Source: Flavobacteriales bacterium
Lineage (GTDB): Bacteria; Bacteroidota; Bacteroidia; Flavobacteriales; BACL11
DNA: 45,090 nt
Assembly: GCA_002696275.1 (NCBI GenBank)
Contig: NZRO01000046.1
Coordinates: forward strand, 8,578-53,667
Reading direction: 5' to 3'
Positions 1 through 10,870 of this stretch are shown one piece after another. The notes under the pieces are model-generated. The model had not been told where the DNA came from. It searched no databases and saw nothing but the letters and a program-made list of their open reading frames with translations. The first letter of the stretch is position 1. Each line of letters starts with the position of its first letter. A program made the translations under genes and the position numbers.

Positions 1-23
1 ATAGACGCGTTAAACAAATTTAT

Positions 24-31
24 TATATTTG
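24..31 (+). promoter_or_regulatory. Bacteroidota sigma-A -7 element (TATATTTG) for the Fur-family gene
   Basis: Exact TAnnTTTG match ending 19 nt before the ATG at 51. Confidence 0.6.
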
Positions 32-50
32 TATTTTAAAAGTTTTAATC

Positions 51-461
51 ATGAGAACCTCAGAAGAATTATTAAGTAATTGTGGCTTAAGAAAGACTAC
101 TTTTAGAAAAAAACTATTGAAGCTTTTTCAAGATTCAGAAACAACATTAACAGTAGAAGATATTAAAAAAAAGATAGGAAATAATAACGATAAAGTTACT
201 ATATATAGAGCTCTTTCAACATTTGAAAAGAGTGGCTTAATCCACCAAGTTCCAGACAAAAACAAATTGTCTCGTTATGCCTTATGCAATTCAAAATGCA
301 AGCCTTCAAATCAAGCCTACCAACACGCTCATTTTATTTGTGATTATTGTGATAATACTTTCTGTATAGAAGAGCTTGAATTTCCTAAAATTAAAAAAAT
401 CAAAGGGTTTGAATTCAAAAAGTTAGAACTAATAATTCAGGGTAGTTGTCCTAACTGCTAA
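51..461 (+). CDS. Fur-family metal-responsive transcriptional regulator (Fur/Zur-like)
   Basis: GLRKT..R N-terminus, winged-helix DKVTIYRAL..F...GLI, HAHFICDYC and terminal CPNC Zn-site motifs. Confidence 0.9.
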   Translation: MRTSEELLSNCGLRKTTFRKKLLKLFQDSETTLTVEDIKKKIGNNNDKVTIYRALSTFEKSGLIHQVPDKNKLSRYALCNSKCKPSNQAYQHAHFICDYCDNTFCIEELEFPKIKKIKGFEFKKLELIIQGSCPNC

Positions 462-548
462 TGAGGACAATCATTCTTTAGAAAAAGTTCTCTAATCTTC
501 TCACAGTGTCTATTCTTTCGTTGATTTTTTCGAAAAATTTCAAGATAC

Positions 549-1535
549 TTACTCTCTGTAAAGAACCTCCATTAAAGTTTGCCCTACTGCTTTTAGAGTA
601 TTTTTATCAATATTATCCATATTATCTCCATGAGTATGCCAGTGTTTATTGAATTTATTTTCTGTACTTGGATCAAACTCTATAATATCAATAGTAGGTA
701 TGTGAGCAAGAGTATTTACATATAAATGGTCGTCGATTATCTGTGGACTGTTTTCGTAAACAAAGTGTTTCCCATATCCTAATTTATGTCCTCTTTTCCA
801 TACTTTTTGTAAAATCGAAGAAGCAAAGTAGTTAGAATAACCTTCTAAATAAAAAGTGGCGTTTTTCCCTGCTACCATATCTAATAAAATTCCATATCGA
901 GCAGTATAATGTGCTTTATGGGGGGTTTTAGACCAATGTTGAGATCCTAAACACCAAGAATCTGGCATATATGCATATTCAGAGTTTTCGGGCTGTCCAT
1001 AATCTTCTGCATCAAATAGAATAATATCAATTCCAATTTTAGGTTCTTTAATACTGAATTGTCTAGCTAATTCTATCAATACACCAACTCCACTTCCCCC
1101 ATCATTTGCGCCAAGTATTGGAGTATTTTGGTTTTCTGTATCATGGTCTGCTATGTGTCTACTGTCCCAATGAGCAAATAGAGCAACTCTATTTTTTTTG
1201 TCTGGAGAAAAAGTAGCGATAATATTTTTGAGAGTATGTTTTTTGCCGTCATAAGTTGTTGTAGGCGCTTCCTGTACAATTACATTTGGAGTATATTTTA
1301 GAAATTTTTGTTTCAACCAAATGGAACAATTTTCCCATGGTTTAGACGAAATGACTCTTGGTCCAAAATCCACTTGTTTTTGTATGAAATGATAGGCAGA
1401 ATCCACATTAAATGTAGGAACCTCAATTTTTACATTAGGCTTTTTTGTTATTTGTTTTACTTCTTGCTGAGGTTCTGATTTGCAAGCATGTAAAAATAAC
1501 AAAGCAAGGAAAAATACGGTATATTTATAATTCAT
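549..1535 (-). CDS. M28-family lipoprotein, glutaminyl-peptide cyclotransferase (Bacteroidota glutaminyl cyclase)
   Basis: Lipobox LHAC; motifs AHWDSR, GANDGGSG, DAED, LLDMV, IDDH, HWHT. Start placed at 1535, where ATG overlaps the cysS stop (TAATG). Confidence 0.8.
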   Translation of the reverse strand: MNYKYTVFFLALLFLHACKSEPQQEVKQITKKPNVKIEVPTFNVDSAYHFIQKQVDFGPRVISSKPWENCSIWLKQKFLKYTPNVIVQEAPTTTYDGKKHTLKNIIATFSPDKKNRVALFAHWDSRHIADHDTENQNTPILGANDGGSGVGVLIELARQFSIKEPKIGIDIILFDAEDYGQPENSEYAYMPDSWCLGSQHWSKTPHKAHYTARYGILLDMVAGKNATFYLEGYSNYFASSILQKVWKRGHKLGYGKHFVYENSPQIIDDHLYVNTLAHIPTIDIIEFDPSTENKFNKHWHTHGDNMDNIDKNTLKAVGQTLMEVLYRE

Positions 1536-3001
1536 TATTTTATCTCCCAATTAGTTCCCTCTCTAGTATCTTTTATTTGTATCCCTGATTTATTTAACTC
1601 TTCTCGAATTATATCTGCAGTGTCAAAATCTTTATTCTTTTTGGCATTAGTCCTAAGTTTTAAAATCAACTCCATTAATTCAGAAGTTAAGTTATTTTCA
1701 TTGCTTTTCTTTTCAGTAATAAACCCTAAAATTTTAGTTACAAAAGTATTAAATATAGATTTTAGCATTTCTAAATCAGAATCATTTAAGCTTTCTTTAC
1801 CATCTTTTATAGAGTTGATAATTCTTACTCCATCAAACAAGTGTGCAATTAAGATAGGAGTATTAAAGTCATCATTCATGGCCGCATAACAATCTTTCTC
1901 CAATCTTTTCACATCATAACTAGAGTTATCAGAAGGCTTTAGACTTTCTATGGTTTCTAGTGCATTCATAAGTTTTGACAATCCTTTTTCTGCTGCTTTT
2001 AGTGATTCATTACTGAAATCTATTATACTTCTGTAGTGCGCTTGTAAAATGAAAAATCGAATAGTCATCGGAGAATAAGCTTTTTCTAACTTTTCATGAT
2101 TTCCGGTAAAAAATTCTTCTAAATTGATAAAGTTCCCTAGAGATTTACCCATCTTTTTTCCATCCACTGTTATCATATTATTGTGCATCCAATAATTTGC
2201 GGGATTACAATTATTACAAGCATTACTCTGTGCTATTTCTGCTTCGTGATGAGGAAATACCAAGTCCATTCCACCACCATGAATATCAAAAGTTTTTCCT
2301 AAATATTTTTCGCTCATTGCAGAACATTCCATGTGCCAACCGGGAAAGCCTTCTCCCCAAGGGGATGACCAACGCATAATATGTTCTGGACTTGCTTTTT
2401 TCCAAATGGCAAAATCAACTGCGCTTTTCTTTTCAGCTTGACCATCTAACATTCTAGTACCTTCTAAAGTATCCTCTAAATTTCTTCCAGAAAGAATTCC
2501 ATAGGGAAAAGACTCATTATATTTATTTACATCTAAATAAACAGATCCATTAACTTCATAAGCAAATCCTTTATCTAGTATTTTCTGAACCATTTCAATT
2601 TGCTCAATTATATGTCCTGTAGCTCTTGGCTCAATTGAAGGAGGCAAACAATTTAAATCCTGCATTGCTTTATGATAGCTTAAAGTATAAAACTGAACAA
2701 TTTCCATTGGCTCTAATTGCTCTAATCTTGCTTTTTTAGCAATTTTATCTTCTCCCTCATCTGCGTCATTTTCTAAATGACCAGCATCCGTTATGTTTCT
2801 AACATAACGAATTTTATAATCTAAATGTTTTAGATATCTAAAAACTATATCAAAAGTAATTCCAGGTCTAGCATGTCCTAAATGAGGGTCACCATAAACA
2901 GTAGGACCACAAACATACATCCCCACATGATTTTTTACAATTGGATCAAAAATTTCTTTTTTCCTTGAAAGGGTATTGTATATTTTTAATTTCCTATTCA
3001 T
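1535..3001 (-). CDS. cysS: Cysteine--tRNA ligase
   Basis: [12 protein letters not shown] (HIGH), [29 protein letters not shown]. Confidence 0.99.
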   Translation of the reverse strand: MNRKLKIYNTLSRKKEIFDPIVKNHVGMYVCGPTVYGDPHLGHARPGITFDIVFRYLKHLDYKIRYVRNITDAGHLENDADEGEDKIAKKARLEQLEPMEIVQFYTLSYHKAMQDLNCLPPSIEPRATGHIIEQIEMVQKILDKGFAYEVNGSVYLDVNKYNESFPYGILSGRNLEDTLEGTRMLDGQAEKKSAVDFAIWKKASPEHIMRWSSPWGEGFPGWHMECSAMSEKYLGKTFDIHGGGMDLVFPHHEAEIAQSNACNNCNPANYWMHNNMITVDGKKMGKSLGNFINLEEFFTGNHEKLEKAYSPMTIRFFILQAHYRSIIDFSNESLKAAEKGLSKLMNALETIESLKPSDNSSYDVKRLEKDCYAAMNDDFNTPILIAHLFDGVRIINSIKDGKESLNDSDLEMLKSIFNTFVTKILGFITEKKSNENNLTSELMELILKLRTNAKKNKDFDTADIIREELNKSGIQIKDTREGTNWEIK

Positions 3002-3959
3002 ACAAACTAGTTTTATATTTTTTTTTCAAATTCATAATCATATCCTCAGTCATTTTTTCAAGATTATACTCCAAATTCCACCCCCAATCTTGTTGAGCTG
3101 GTAAATCATTTATTGATGAAGGCCAACTATCAGCTATTTCTTGTCTAAAATCAGGATTATAACTAATCTCAAAGTTAGGGATATGTTTTTTAATTTCATT
3201 TGAAATTTGTTTTGGAGTAAAACTTACTCCAGCCAAATTATAAGAAGAACGAATTTTTACTTTTTCTTCGGGAGCCTCCATCAATTCTATAGTAGCACGA
3301 ATAGCATCTGGCATGTACATCATCGGCAAGGCTGTATTTTCCAATAAAAAACTTTCATATTTACCATTAGTAATTGCTTTATGAAAAATATTTACCGCAT
3401 AATCTGTAGTTCCTCCTCCAGGATCTGATTTCCAACCAATTAAACCAGGATATCTTAAACTTCTTACATCTACTCCAAATTTGTTAAAGTAATATTCGTT
3501 CCACCTTTCTCCAGCTTGTTTAGTAATTCCGTAAACTGTATTTGGTTCCATTATAGTATATTGCGGAGTGTTTTCCACAGGAGTTGTAGGTCCGAAAACT
3601 GCAATTGAGGATGGCCAAAAAATTTTTTTTATCAATCTGTCCTTTGCTAAATCTAACACATGTGAATGAGATCGCATATTTAATCTCCACCCTAATTCAA
3701 TATTTTGTTCAGCAGTAGCAGAAAGTAGGGCGGCTAAAAGATATACTTGAGTAACTTTATATTTCTTTACAATCCTTCTTAATAACTGTTCATCCATTAT
3801 ATCTAGTGTTTCAAATGGACCAGTTTGCATTATCTGATCAGAAGAAAATCTAATATCAGAAGCAATTACATTTTCATTTCCGTACATTCTCCTTAATTCT
3901 ATCACGAGTTCAGTGCCAATTTGACCAGATGAACCTATTATTAAAATCCTTTCTGACAT
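2994..3959 (-). CDS. tdh: L-threonine 3-dehydrogenase (SDR/epimerase type)
   Basis: GSSGQIG NAD-binding motif, [39 protein letters not shown]. Confidence 0.88.
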   Translation of the reverse strand: MSERILIIGSSGQIGTELVIELRRMYGNENVIASDIRFSSDQIMQTGPFETLDIMDEQLLRRIVKKYKVTQVYLLAALLSATAEQNIELGWRLNMRSHSHVLDLAKDRLIKKIFWPSSIAVFGPTTPVENTPQYTIMEPNTVYGITKQAGERWNEYYFNKFGVDVRSLRYPGLIGWKSDPGGGTTDYAVNIFHKAITNGKYESFLLENTALPMMYMPDAIRATIELMEAPEEKVKIRSSYNLAGVSFTPKQISNEIKKHIPNFEISYNPDFRQEIADSWPSSINDLPAQQDWGWNLEYNLEKMTEDMIMNLKKKYKTSLYE

Positions 3960-3976
3960 CTCTCATATATTTGGTA

Positions 3977-3984
3977 CAAATATA
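3977..3984 (-). promoter_or_regulatory. -7 element (TATATTTG) for the tdh-cysS-QC operon
   Basis: Reverse-strand TAnnTTTG 17 nt before the tdh start. Confidence 0.6.
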
Positions 3985-4041
3985 ACATTAAAGACTATAT
4001 TTTTAGTTAAAAATAGCAATCAATACAAATCATAGTTTTTA

Positions 4042-4049
4042 TATCTTTG
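4042..4049 (+). promoter_or_regulatory. -7 element (TATCTTTG) for trhO-asnS-rpoN
   Basis: TAnnTTTG followed by CA, upstream of the ATG at 4064. Confidence 0.65.
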
Positions 4050-4063
4050 CACTACTTAAAGAG

Positions 4064-5122
4064 ATGATAATGGATCCTAATGCTGGTAAAAAAAATATGT
4101 TTAATAAACTAAGTAAGGAACAATGCTTAGCTTTGCTAGAAAAAGAAACATTTAACAGAATCACCGTTTCTTTTTATAGGTACATTATTTTAGAAAACCT
4201 TGAAAAACTAAGAGATCATTTATATGATAATTGGAAGGAATTAGAAGTTTTAGGAAGAATATATATAGCTGAAGAAGGAATAAATGCGCAGCTTAGTGTT
4301 CCTGAACACAATTGGAAAGATTTTGTAAAGAATGTAAATTCATATTCATATTTTAAGGATATTCCTTTTAAAATTGCGGTGGAAGATGACGGAAAATCTT
4401 TCTTCAAACTCACCATAAAAATACGAAATCAGATTGTAGCTGATGGATTATCTATAAATGATTATGACGTAACAAATGTTGGAGATCATTTATCTGCCAA
4501 ACAATGGAATGATGCAATTGATCATGGTGCTACCATAGTAGATATGAGAAATCATTATGAGAGTGAAATAGGAAAGTTTAAAGGAGCTATTTGTCCTAAT
4601 GTTGAAACATTTAAAGAAGAGCTTCCATTAGTAAAAGATTTATTAAAAGGAAAAGAAACAGAACCAATTTTATTATATTGTACAGGAGGCATTAGATGCG
4701 AGAAAACATCAGCATATTTAAAACATCATGGATTTGAAGATGTTAGTCAATTACATGGTGGCATTATCGACTATACGCGACAGTTAAATGAAAACAAGGA
4801 GCTTGAAAATAAATTTATAGGCAAGAATTTTGTTTTTGACGAAAGAAGAGGAGAAAGAATATCAGAAGATGTTATCAGTAATTGTCATCAATGTGGAAAA
4901 CCCTGCGATTCTCATGTAAATTGTAAAAATGAGAACTGTAATCTATTATTTTTGCAATGTTCCACATGTAAAGATAAATATGAAAATTGTTGTTCTGTAG
5001 AATGTATTGAAATTGCTAAATTACCAGAGGATGAAAGACGAGAACTTAGAAAAGGAGTAGAGAATAAAAAGATGTATTATAGTCATAAAAAAGTAAAATT
5101 AAACCTGAGAGAAACAGAATAA
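4064..5122 (+). CDS. trhO: tRNA uridine(34) hydroxylase TrhO (YceA/UPF0176 rhodanese)
   Basis: GRIYIAEEGINAQ, DMRNHYESEIGKF, YCTGGIRCEK, LHGGIIDY, GKNFVFDER, Cys-rich C-terminus. Alternative start at 4097. Confidence 0.92.
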   Translation: MIMDPNAGKKNMFNKLSKEQCLALLEKETFNRITVSFYRYIILENLEKLRDHLYDNWKELEVLGRIYIAEEGINAQLSVPEHNWKDFVKNVNSYSYFKDIPFKIAVEDDGKSFFKLTIKIRNQIVADGLSINDYDVTNVGDHLSAKQWNDAIDHGATIVDMRNHYESEIGKFKGAICPNVETFKEELPLVKDLLKGKETEPILLYCTGGIRCEKTSAYLKHHGFEDVSQLHGGIIDYTRQLNENKELENKFIGKNFVFDERRGERISEDVISNCHQCGKPCDSHVNCKNENCNLLFLQCSTCKDKYENCCSVECIEIAKLPEDERRELRKGVENKKMYYSHKKVKLNLRETE

Positions 5123-5125
5123 ATA

Positions 5126-6565
5126 ATGAAAAGAACAAAAATAAAAAGTTTATTAAATAAGCAAGCAACAGGACAGGAAGTATGCGTAAAAGGATGGGTA
5201 AGAACTCGAAGAGGCAGTAAAAATGTTTCTTTTATAGCTTTAAATGACGGATCAACAATTAATAATATTCAGATTGTAGCTGAAGGAGATCACCTCAAGG
5301 AAGAGGTGTTAAAAAGAATTACTACTGGTTCTGCAATTTCAGTAATTGGAATTTTAGTGGAATCTAAAGGAGTAGGTCAAAATGTGGAGGTGCTCGCAGC
5401 TGGGATAGATATATTAGGGGAGTCAGACCCTGATGAGTATCCATTACAGCCAAAGAAACACTCATTAGATTTTCTCAGAGAAAAGGCACATTTAAGATTT
5501 AGAACAAATACTTTTTCTGCTGTTTTTAGACTGCGTCATGCATTAACTTTCGCAGTTCATAAATTTTTTAATGACAAAGGATTTGTTAATATTCACACCC
5601 CAATCATTACTGGAGCTGACGCGGAAGGAGCTGGTGAAATGTTTCAGGTTACAAATTTAAATTTAGAGGACACACCTAAAGTTAATGGGAAAGTTGATTA
5701 TACTCAGGACTTTTTTAATATTAAAACAAATTTAACTGTCTCTGGTCAGTTGGAGGCAGAGTTAGGAGCTTTGTCTTTAGGTCAGGTATATACTTTCGGG
5801 CCTACATTCAGAGCGGAGAATTCTAATACCTCTAGACATTTATCAGAGTTTTGGATGATTGAACCCGAAGTTGCTTTTGCAGATTTAGAAGAAAACATGG
5901 ATTTGGCAGAGGAGTTTTTAAAATATTGTATCCAGTATTGCATTACTAATTGTGAGGATGATTTAAGGTTTTTAGATAGTAGACTTGCAAGCGAGGAGAA
6001 AAGTCTAAAAAAGGAAGAACGCTTTGAAATGGGATTGCTAGAGCGTCTTCAATTTGTTATTGAGAATGATTTTGAAAGACTAACTTACAGTGATGCAATT
6101 GATCTTTTAATAAATTCAAAACCAAATAAGAAGAAAAAATTTAAATATATAATAGAAGGATTTGGTTCTGATTTACAATCTGAACACGAAAGATATTTAG
6201 TAGAAAAAAAATTCAAGAAACCAGTAATTATTACAGATTTCCCTAAAGGTATAAAAGCCTTTTATATGAAGCAGAATGAAGACAACGAAACTGTCAGAGC
6301 TATGGATATTTTATTTCCACTAATTGGGGAAATAGTAGGGGGTTCCCAAAGAGAAGAGGATTTAAATAAGCTGTCTAATAGAATGGAAGAAATGGAGATT
6401 TGCAAAGAGGAATTATGGTGGTACTTAGAAACAAGGAAATTCGGAACATGTGTTCATTCAGGATTTGGATTAGGATTTGAAAGGTTGATAATGTTTGTTA
6501 CTGGTATGAAAAATATTAGAGATGTTATCCCCTTCCCGAGGACTCCCCAAAATGCTGATTTCTAA
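5126..6565 (+). CDS. asnS: Asparagine--tRNA ligase
   Basis: GWVRTRR OB-fold, [44 protein letters not shown]. Confidence 0.99.
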   Translation: MKRTKIKSLLNKQATGQEVCVKGWVRTRRGSKNVSFIALNDGSTINNIQIVAEGDHLKEEVLKRITTGSAISVIGILVESKGVGQNVEVLAAGIDILGESDPDEYPLQPKKHSLDFLREKAHLRFRTNTFSAVFRLRHALTFAVHKFFNDKGFVNIHTPIITGADAEGAGEMFQVTNLNLEDTPKVNGKVDYTQDFFNIKTNLTVSGQLEAELGALSLGQVYTFGPTFRAENSNTSRHLSEFWMIEPEVAFADLEENMDLAEEFLKYCIQYCITNCEDDLRFLDSRLASEEKSLKKEERFEMGLLERLQFVIENDFERLTYSDAIDLLINSKPNKKKKFKYIIEGFGSDLQSEHERYLVEKKFKKPVIITDFPKGIKAFYMKQNEDNETVRAMDILFPLIGEIVGGSQREEDLNKLSNRMEEMEICKEELWWYLETRKFGTCVHSGFGLGFERLIMFVTGMKNIRDVIPFPRTPQNADF

Positions 6566-6568
6566 TTA

Positions 6569-7921
6569 ATGCAGAAACAAAAATTACAACAAAAACATGG
6601 ATTAAATCTGTCACCCCAACAGATGCAGTTCCTTAGTTTGTTACAAATTCCTTTGGCATCGTTACATTCCAGAATTCAGGATGAATTAGAAGAGAATCCT
6701 GCTCTTGAGGAATCGGAGAATTCCGAAGATATTAATATTGACGAATTAGAAGAAGAAAATAATAACTCATATAAATATCGACTATCTACTAATTCAGATT
6801 ACTCGGACAATCAAATATCCAATACAGATGAAAGTTTATCTTCTCATCTGAAAAAACAGTTGTTGACACTTAATTTACCTGATGATGAAGTTTTTTTAAT
6901 AGAGTATTTGATTGATAGTCTTGATCACAATGGCTGGATTAGTAGAGAGTTATTTTCTATTTCAGATGATTTATTAATAAACCTGAATTTAGAATTTTCT
7001 GAGGAGGAGATTGAAAGATCTTTACTAGTTGTTCAATCTTTAGAACCTTATGGTGTAGGAGCTAGAAATTTAAAAGAATGTTTATTGATTCAACTTAAAA
7101 ATAAAGATAATGACGAGACTATTGAAAGGACTATTTCTGTTCTAGAAAATCAATATGAAAGATTTAGTAAAAAGAATTTTGAAGGAATTATTAAAGAATT
7201 AGGAATTTCAGAATCTCAATTAAAAGAGGTGTATGAAACAGTAGAAAAATTAAATCCTTTTCCCGCCTCAAATTTCAGTAAAACAATCCCTTCTTCTTAT
7301 ATCACACCAGATTTTCTAGTAAATATAATAGAAGAGAAGAATGTTGTCAGCTTAACTAAGATAAGCGGGAAGGAATTAAGAGTAAATTCTTCTTATCAGA
7401 AAATGATGGAGGAAACAAAGGACGAAGAAGCTCAAGAATTTATAAAAAAGAAGATTGAATCTGCCAATTGGTTTAGAAATGCAATTCTGCAAAGAGAAAT
7501 AACTTTGATAAAAGTAATGAACGCAATTGTGACTCACCAAGAAAAATATTTCTATACAGGAGATGAGAAAGAATTAAAACCTATGATTCTTGCAGATATT
7601 GCTAATGTTGTAAATATGGATATCTCAACAATTTCTAGAGTAAGTAACAGCAAATATGTACAAACATTTTTTGGTACTTTTTTGTTAAAAGAATTATTTT
7701 CAGAAGCTTATACAAAAGATAATGGAGAGCAGGTGTCAACAAAGGTCATAAAGAAAAGACTGTCTGAAATTGTTCAATCTGAAGACAAAAGAAACCCTTA
7801 TACTGATGAAAGATTATCAACAATCTTAGGTAAAGATGAATACCATATTGCAAGAAGAACTGTTGCGAAATATAGAGAAGAATTAGGCATTGAAACTTCT
7901 AAATATAGAAGAGAATTATAA
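6569..7921 (+). CDS. rpoN: RNA polymerase sigma-54 factor
   Basis: Gln/Leu-rich region I, GVGARNLKECL, DISTISRV HTH, RpoN box ARRTVAKYRE. Confidence 0.97.
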   Translation: MQKQKLQQKHGLNLSPQQMQFLSLLQIPLASLHSRIQDELEENPALEESENSEDINIDELEEENNNSYKYRLSTNSDYSDNQISNTDESLSSHLKKQLLTLNLPDDEVFLIEYLIDSLDHNGWISRELFSISDDLLINLNLEFSEEEIERSLLVVQSLEPYGVGARNLKECLLIQLKNKDNDETIERTISVLENQYERFSKKNFEGIIKELGISESQLKEVYETVEKLNPFPASNFSKTIPSSYITPDFLVNIIEEKNVVSLTKISGKELRVNSSYQKMMEETKDEEAQEFIKKKIESANWFRNAILQREITLIKVMNAIVTHQEKYFYTGDEKELKPMILADIANVVNMDISTISRVSNSKYVQTFFGTFLLKELFSEAYTKDNGEQVSTKVIKKRLSEIVQSEDKRNPYTDERLSTILGKDEYHIARRTVAKYREELGIETSKYRREL

Positions 7922-8577
7922 TGAAAATTTCTAAGTTTTTCACAATATTACTTCATCCAATTTTTATGCCTACAATAGTGATATTTGTAATTTTAAACGA
8001 GGTGGAGTTTTTTAACATATTTTTTTCAACTTATAAAAAACTACTTTATTCTGTTGTCATAATTTTTACTCTAGCATTACCATTAATTATATCCCTATAC
8101 TTTCTAAAATTAAAAAGAATAAAATCACTAGAAATGGAAACAATAGAAGAAAGGAACTCACCTTTATTTTATACAATTCTAGTAATGATATTAGGATATT
8201 CTTTGTTTAAAACTATAGCATATCTTTCTACATATTTATGTTTGGTTTATCTTTCTTCAATTTTTATTTTAATTATTGCCTTTTTAATAACTAAAAAATG
8301 GAAGATAAGCTTACATATGTTAGCTATAGGTTGGGCGACAGGAAGTTTTATTGCTTTGAATATTATATTTGGAAGCTTATATTATTGGATTATTATATTC
8401 TTTTTTCTTTCAGGATTACTCGCTTTTTCTAGGTTGCATTTACAAGCGCATAATAGATTGCAGGTATATTCCGGATTTTTCTTAGGGTGTCTTATTCAAG
8501 CCTTCCTTATCCTTTATTTTAATTCTAGTATTTCCACTATTTCTATTTTTCTTTCTAACATAGCATTTTTACTGTAA
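7921..8577 (+). CDS. Conserved membrane protein (PAP2-like) downstream of rpoN
   Basis: About 6 hydrophobic segments; LHPIFMP, KISLHM and SRLHLQAH..QVYSG motifs; start overlaps the rpoN stop. Confidence 0.7.
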   Translation: MKISKFFTILLHPIFMPTIVIFVILNEVEFFNIFFSTYKKLLYSVVIIFTLALPLIISLYFLKLKRIKSLEMETIEERNSPLFYTILVMILGYSLFKTIAYLSTYLCLVYLSSIFILIIAFLITKKWKISLHMLAIGWATGSFIALNIIFGSLYYWIIIFFFLSGLLAFSRLHLQAHNRLQVYSGFFLGCLIQAFLILYFNSSISTISIFLSNIAFLL

Positions 8578-9941
8578 ACCGAACTCTTTCTATCGTTTGG
8601 GTTATCGCTTACTCTTTTATCCGATCTGTTTTCTCCAAGAGGGAGTTCTATTATCTTGAGACCTCCATTGTATAGATATTCTTTTAAGGCGCCATTTTTA
8701 TAATTATTTATCAAATTTATTAAAGAAGCTATTCTCCTCTTTGACAAATTAATATTATAATCTTTATCACTTAATGGACTTGCAAAACCCTTAATGTGTA
8801 ATTCCATGTTGTTACCATCTTTTAAATTTTGTAAAATGTATTTAAGTGTAGAATTTAAATTATTGTAATTTTTTTTAAGTGTTAATTCAAAGAATTCTTC
8901 AACTTCGATATTACTATTTATTTTTATATATTTTTCTTTCAATAAATAATATGAGATATAACATTCTTTATAAGTAAGGTTTGTATTAGTTTGTAGGCTT
9001 CTTGGATTAGGTTCGTCATTATGAAAATATAGAGATATTGGAAGATTTTTCTTAATTGTATCTATGTTGATAGAAGTTTCTTCTTTTGGTACTGGGTATT
9101 GGAATGAGAAAATGTCGTTACAACAATTTTCTTCATCTAAATGAACAGAAGGGCTTCTATTAGAGGACATATATCCAGAATATTGATTGTAAAAACTAAG
9201 ATAAAGATCATCCTTACTCGAGCAAAGTTCATGAGCACGCTCAACTTTATTCCAGAGGTTTAAATTGCCAGTTGCTTTAAAAATGTCAATGCCACTTTCT
9301 TTTTCATTTCTATCAGAACTAAAAAACAACTCACCAGTCCAGATATTAAAAAAAGGAGTTATTTCATTATATTCTGTATTTATTCTTGCCCCAGCATTAA
9401 TGGCTTCACCAAAGTTTCCAAATTTATCTATTATACAAAACCAAATATCCAAGCCCCCAAACCCCCCTTTTCTATCAGAAACAAAGTACAAAATATCTTT
9501 ATTATCATATGTTGTTTTGTGCGGCTGTGTATTTGTAGAGTTAGACAAGTTAATGTTATTATTTAAAATTTCCGCAACAGGTTTTTTATAATCTCTGAAA
9601 GCAATTTTACTATTCCCAAATTTATCTATCACACTGTAATAAATATAATTTTTCTCTTTAGGGTAAGATATATTTGAATAGGAGTAAGCATTTCCCAAAT
9701 GAATATATTTTCCTTTTTGCCATTCTCCTTTTTTAAGTTCAGATTTAAAAATTAGAGTTTGATACTTACCATCTTCTAAAGTAGAGGAACTATAGTACGC
9801 AGTGTTTTTATCTTTTTGTATAAAATTAAATTCCGATCCTATTGTATTAATCTGCTCAGTCAGATGTTTTATTTCAAGATCTTGAGAAAAAGAAAGAAAT
9901 GGTATCAAAACTAGAAATGTATTTACAAATATTTTGGACAT
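8514..9941 (-). CDS. PD40-repeat / OmpA_C-like periplasmic protein (PorE-like T9SS accessory)
   Basis: Signal peptide; PD40 motifs LYFVSDRKGGFGGLDIW, INTEYNEITPF, LFFSSDR; C-terminal IKGFASP...YN..LS.RR and ERKIEI. Confidence 0.72.
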   Translation of the reverse strand: MSKIFVNTFLVLIPFLSFSQDLEIKHLTEQINTIGSEFNFIQKDKNTAYYSSSTLEDGKYQTLIFKSELKKGEWQKGKYIHLGNAYSYSNISYPKEKNYIYYSVIDKFGNSKIAFRDYKKPVAEILNNNINLSNSTNTQPHKTTYDNKDILYFVSDRKGGFGGLDIWFCIIDKFGNFGEAINAGARINTEYNEITPFFNIWTGELFFSSDRNEKESGIDIFKATGNLNLWNKVERAHELCSSKDDLYLSFYNQYSGYMSSNRSPSVHLDEENCCNDIFSFQYPVPKEETSINIDTIKKNLPISLYFHNDEPNPRSLQTNTNLTYKECYISYYLLKEKYIKINSNIEVEEFFELTLKKNYNNLNSTLKYILQNLKDGNNMELHIKGFASPLSDKDYNINLSKRRIASLINLINNYKNGALKEYLYNGGLKIIELPLGENRSDKRVSDNPNDRKSSVYSKNAMLERKIEIVEILELK

Positions 9942-10870
9942 ATTTCTTCAGTAATTTTATTAATATGTTCTTTTCTTTTTTGCCATAAAAATATGACAGA
10001 AAATTCAAATCCACCTCTATTATTTGAAGCAATATCTAAATCAGAAATATTTATATCATAACTTATATTAGTAGTTAAGTTATCTTTACTTATTCCAAAA
10101 CCTAGTATTATAGCGTCCTCTAGCCTGTAATATGTGAACGGAATTATTTTAATGTTATCCAATTTAAATTCTGCTTGACTTCCTAAAAGTAGTTCGTTAG
10201 AGACGCCTTGATTAGTATATAACACCTCAGGAATTATTGTAAAATTTGTTAAGTAGTCATATTTTATTCCAAAATAAAGGTTGTTTTTTACAGGAATCTT
10301 TACATTTTCATCTTCATTAAAAGAGTTATTTGGTAGATTTAAATGAAATGATGATATCCCAAAATTATAGGACAGAATTTTATTTGGTAGTGTTTGATAA
10401 CTTAAACCAATTCCAACATCAGGGTAAACAAAATTATCTTTAAGGAATTGTTCTTCATATTCAAATATTAGTTCAGTATAATCAATAGATTTTTGACTAA
10501 ATCCAATAAGGAATCCAAGGCTTAAATTGTTAAGATTTAAAGTATTAAAGTTTTTAGATAGAGCTAGATTAATTTGATTTAAACTTAATTTTGAATCACC
10601 AGACTTATCATTTAAAAACTGAATTCCAAGATTAAAGTCATAAAAAACATTTTTCTCTTCATATGAAGATGAAAAACTAGAAAAAGGAACACTAACTGAA
10701 TTCCATTGTGATTTTCTTTGTATTGAAAATCTTGAATCATTATCTGTAAAATTCCCTATCATAGAGGGGTTTAGGTTCATTCGATCCTTAGTAAATTGAG
10801 AGAAATGAACATCTTGTCCAAATGAAAATTTTATGAATGTAAAGAATAATATGAAATATAAATATTTCAT
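9923..10870 (-). CDS. PorP/SprF-family T9SS membrane protein
   Basis: QDVHFSQF..LNPS, QRKSQW, SYDINISDL...GGFEFS and terminal CPKY; lies directly after a type-B CTD gene. Confidence 0.9.
   Translation of the reverse strand: MKYLYFILFFTFIKFSFGQDVHFSQFTKDRMNLNPSMIGNFTDNDSRFSIQRKSQWNSVSVPFSSFSSSYEEKNVFYDFNLGIQFLNDKSGDSKLSLNQINLALSKNFNTLNLNNLSLGFLIGFSQKSIDYTELIFEYEEQFLKDNFVYPDVGIGLSYQTLPNKILSYNFGISSFHLNLPNNSFNEDENVKIPVKNNLYFGIKYDYLTNFTIIPEVLYTNQGVSNELLLGSQAEFKLDNIKIIPFTYYRLEDAIILGFGISKDNLTTNISYDINISDLDIASNNRGGFEFSVIFLWQKRKEHINKITEEICPKYL

Noticed and set aside
459-570. Stop-free minus-strand frame across the fur/QC gap (YLEIFRKNQRKNRHCEK...)
   Set aside because: No start codon, short, and no recognisable similarity
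1535-3001. CysS motif variants HLGH and KMGKS
   Set aside because: Common variants in Bacteroidota CysRS, not novel
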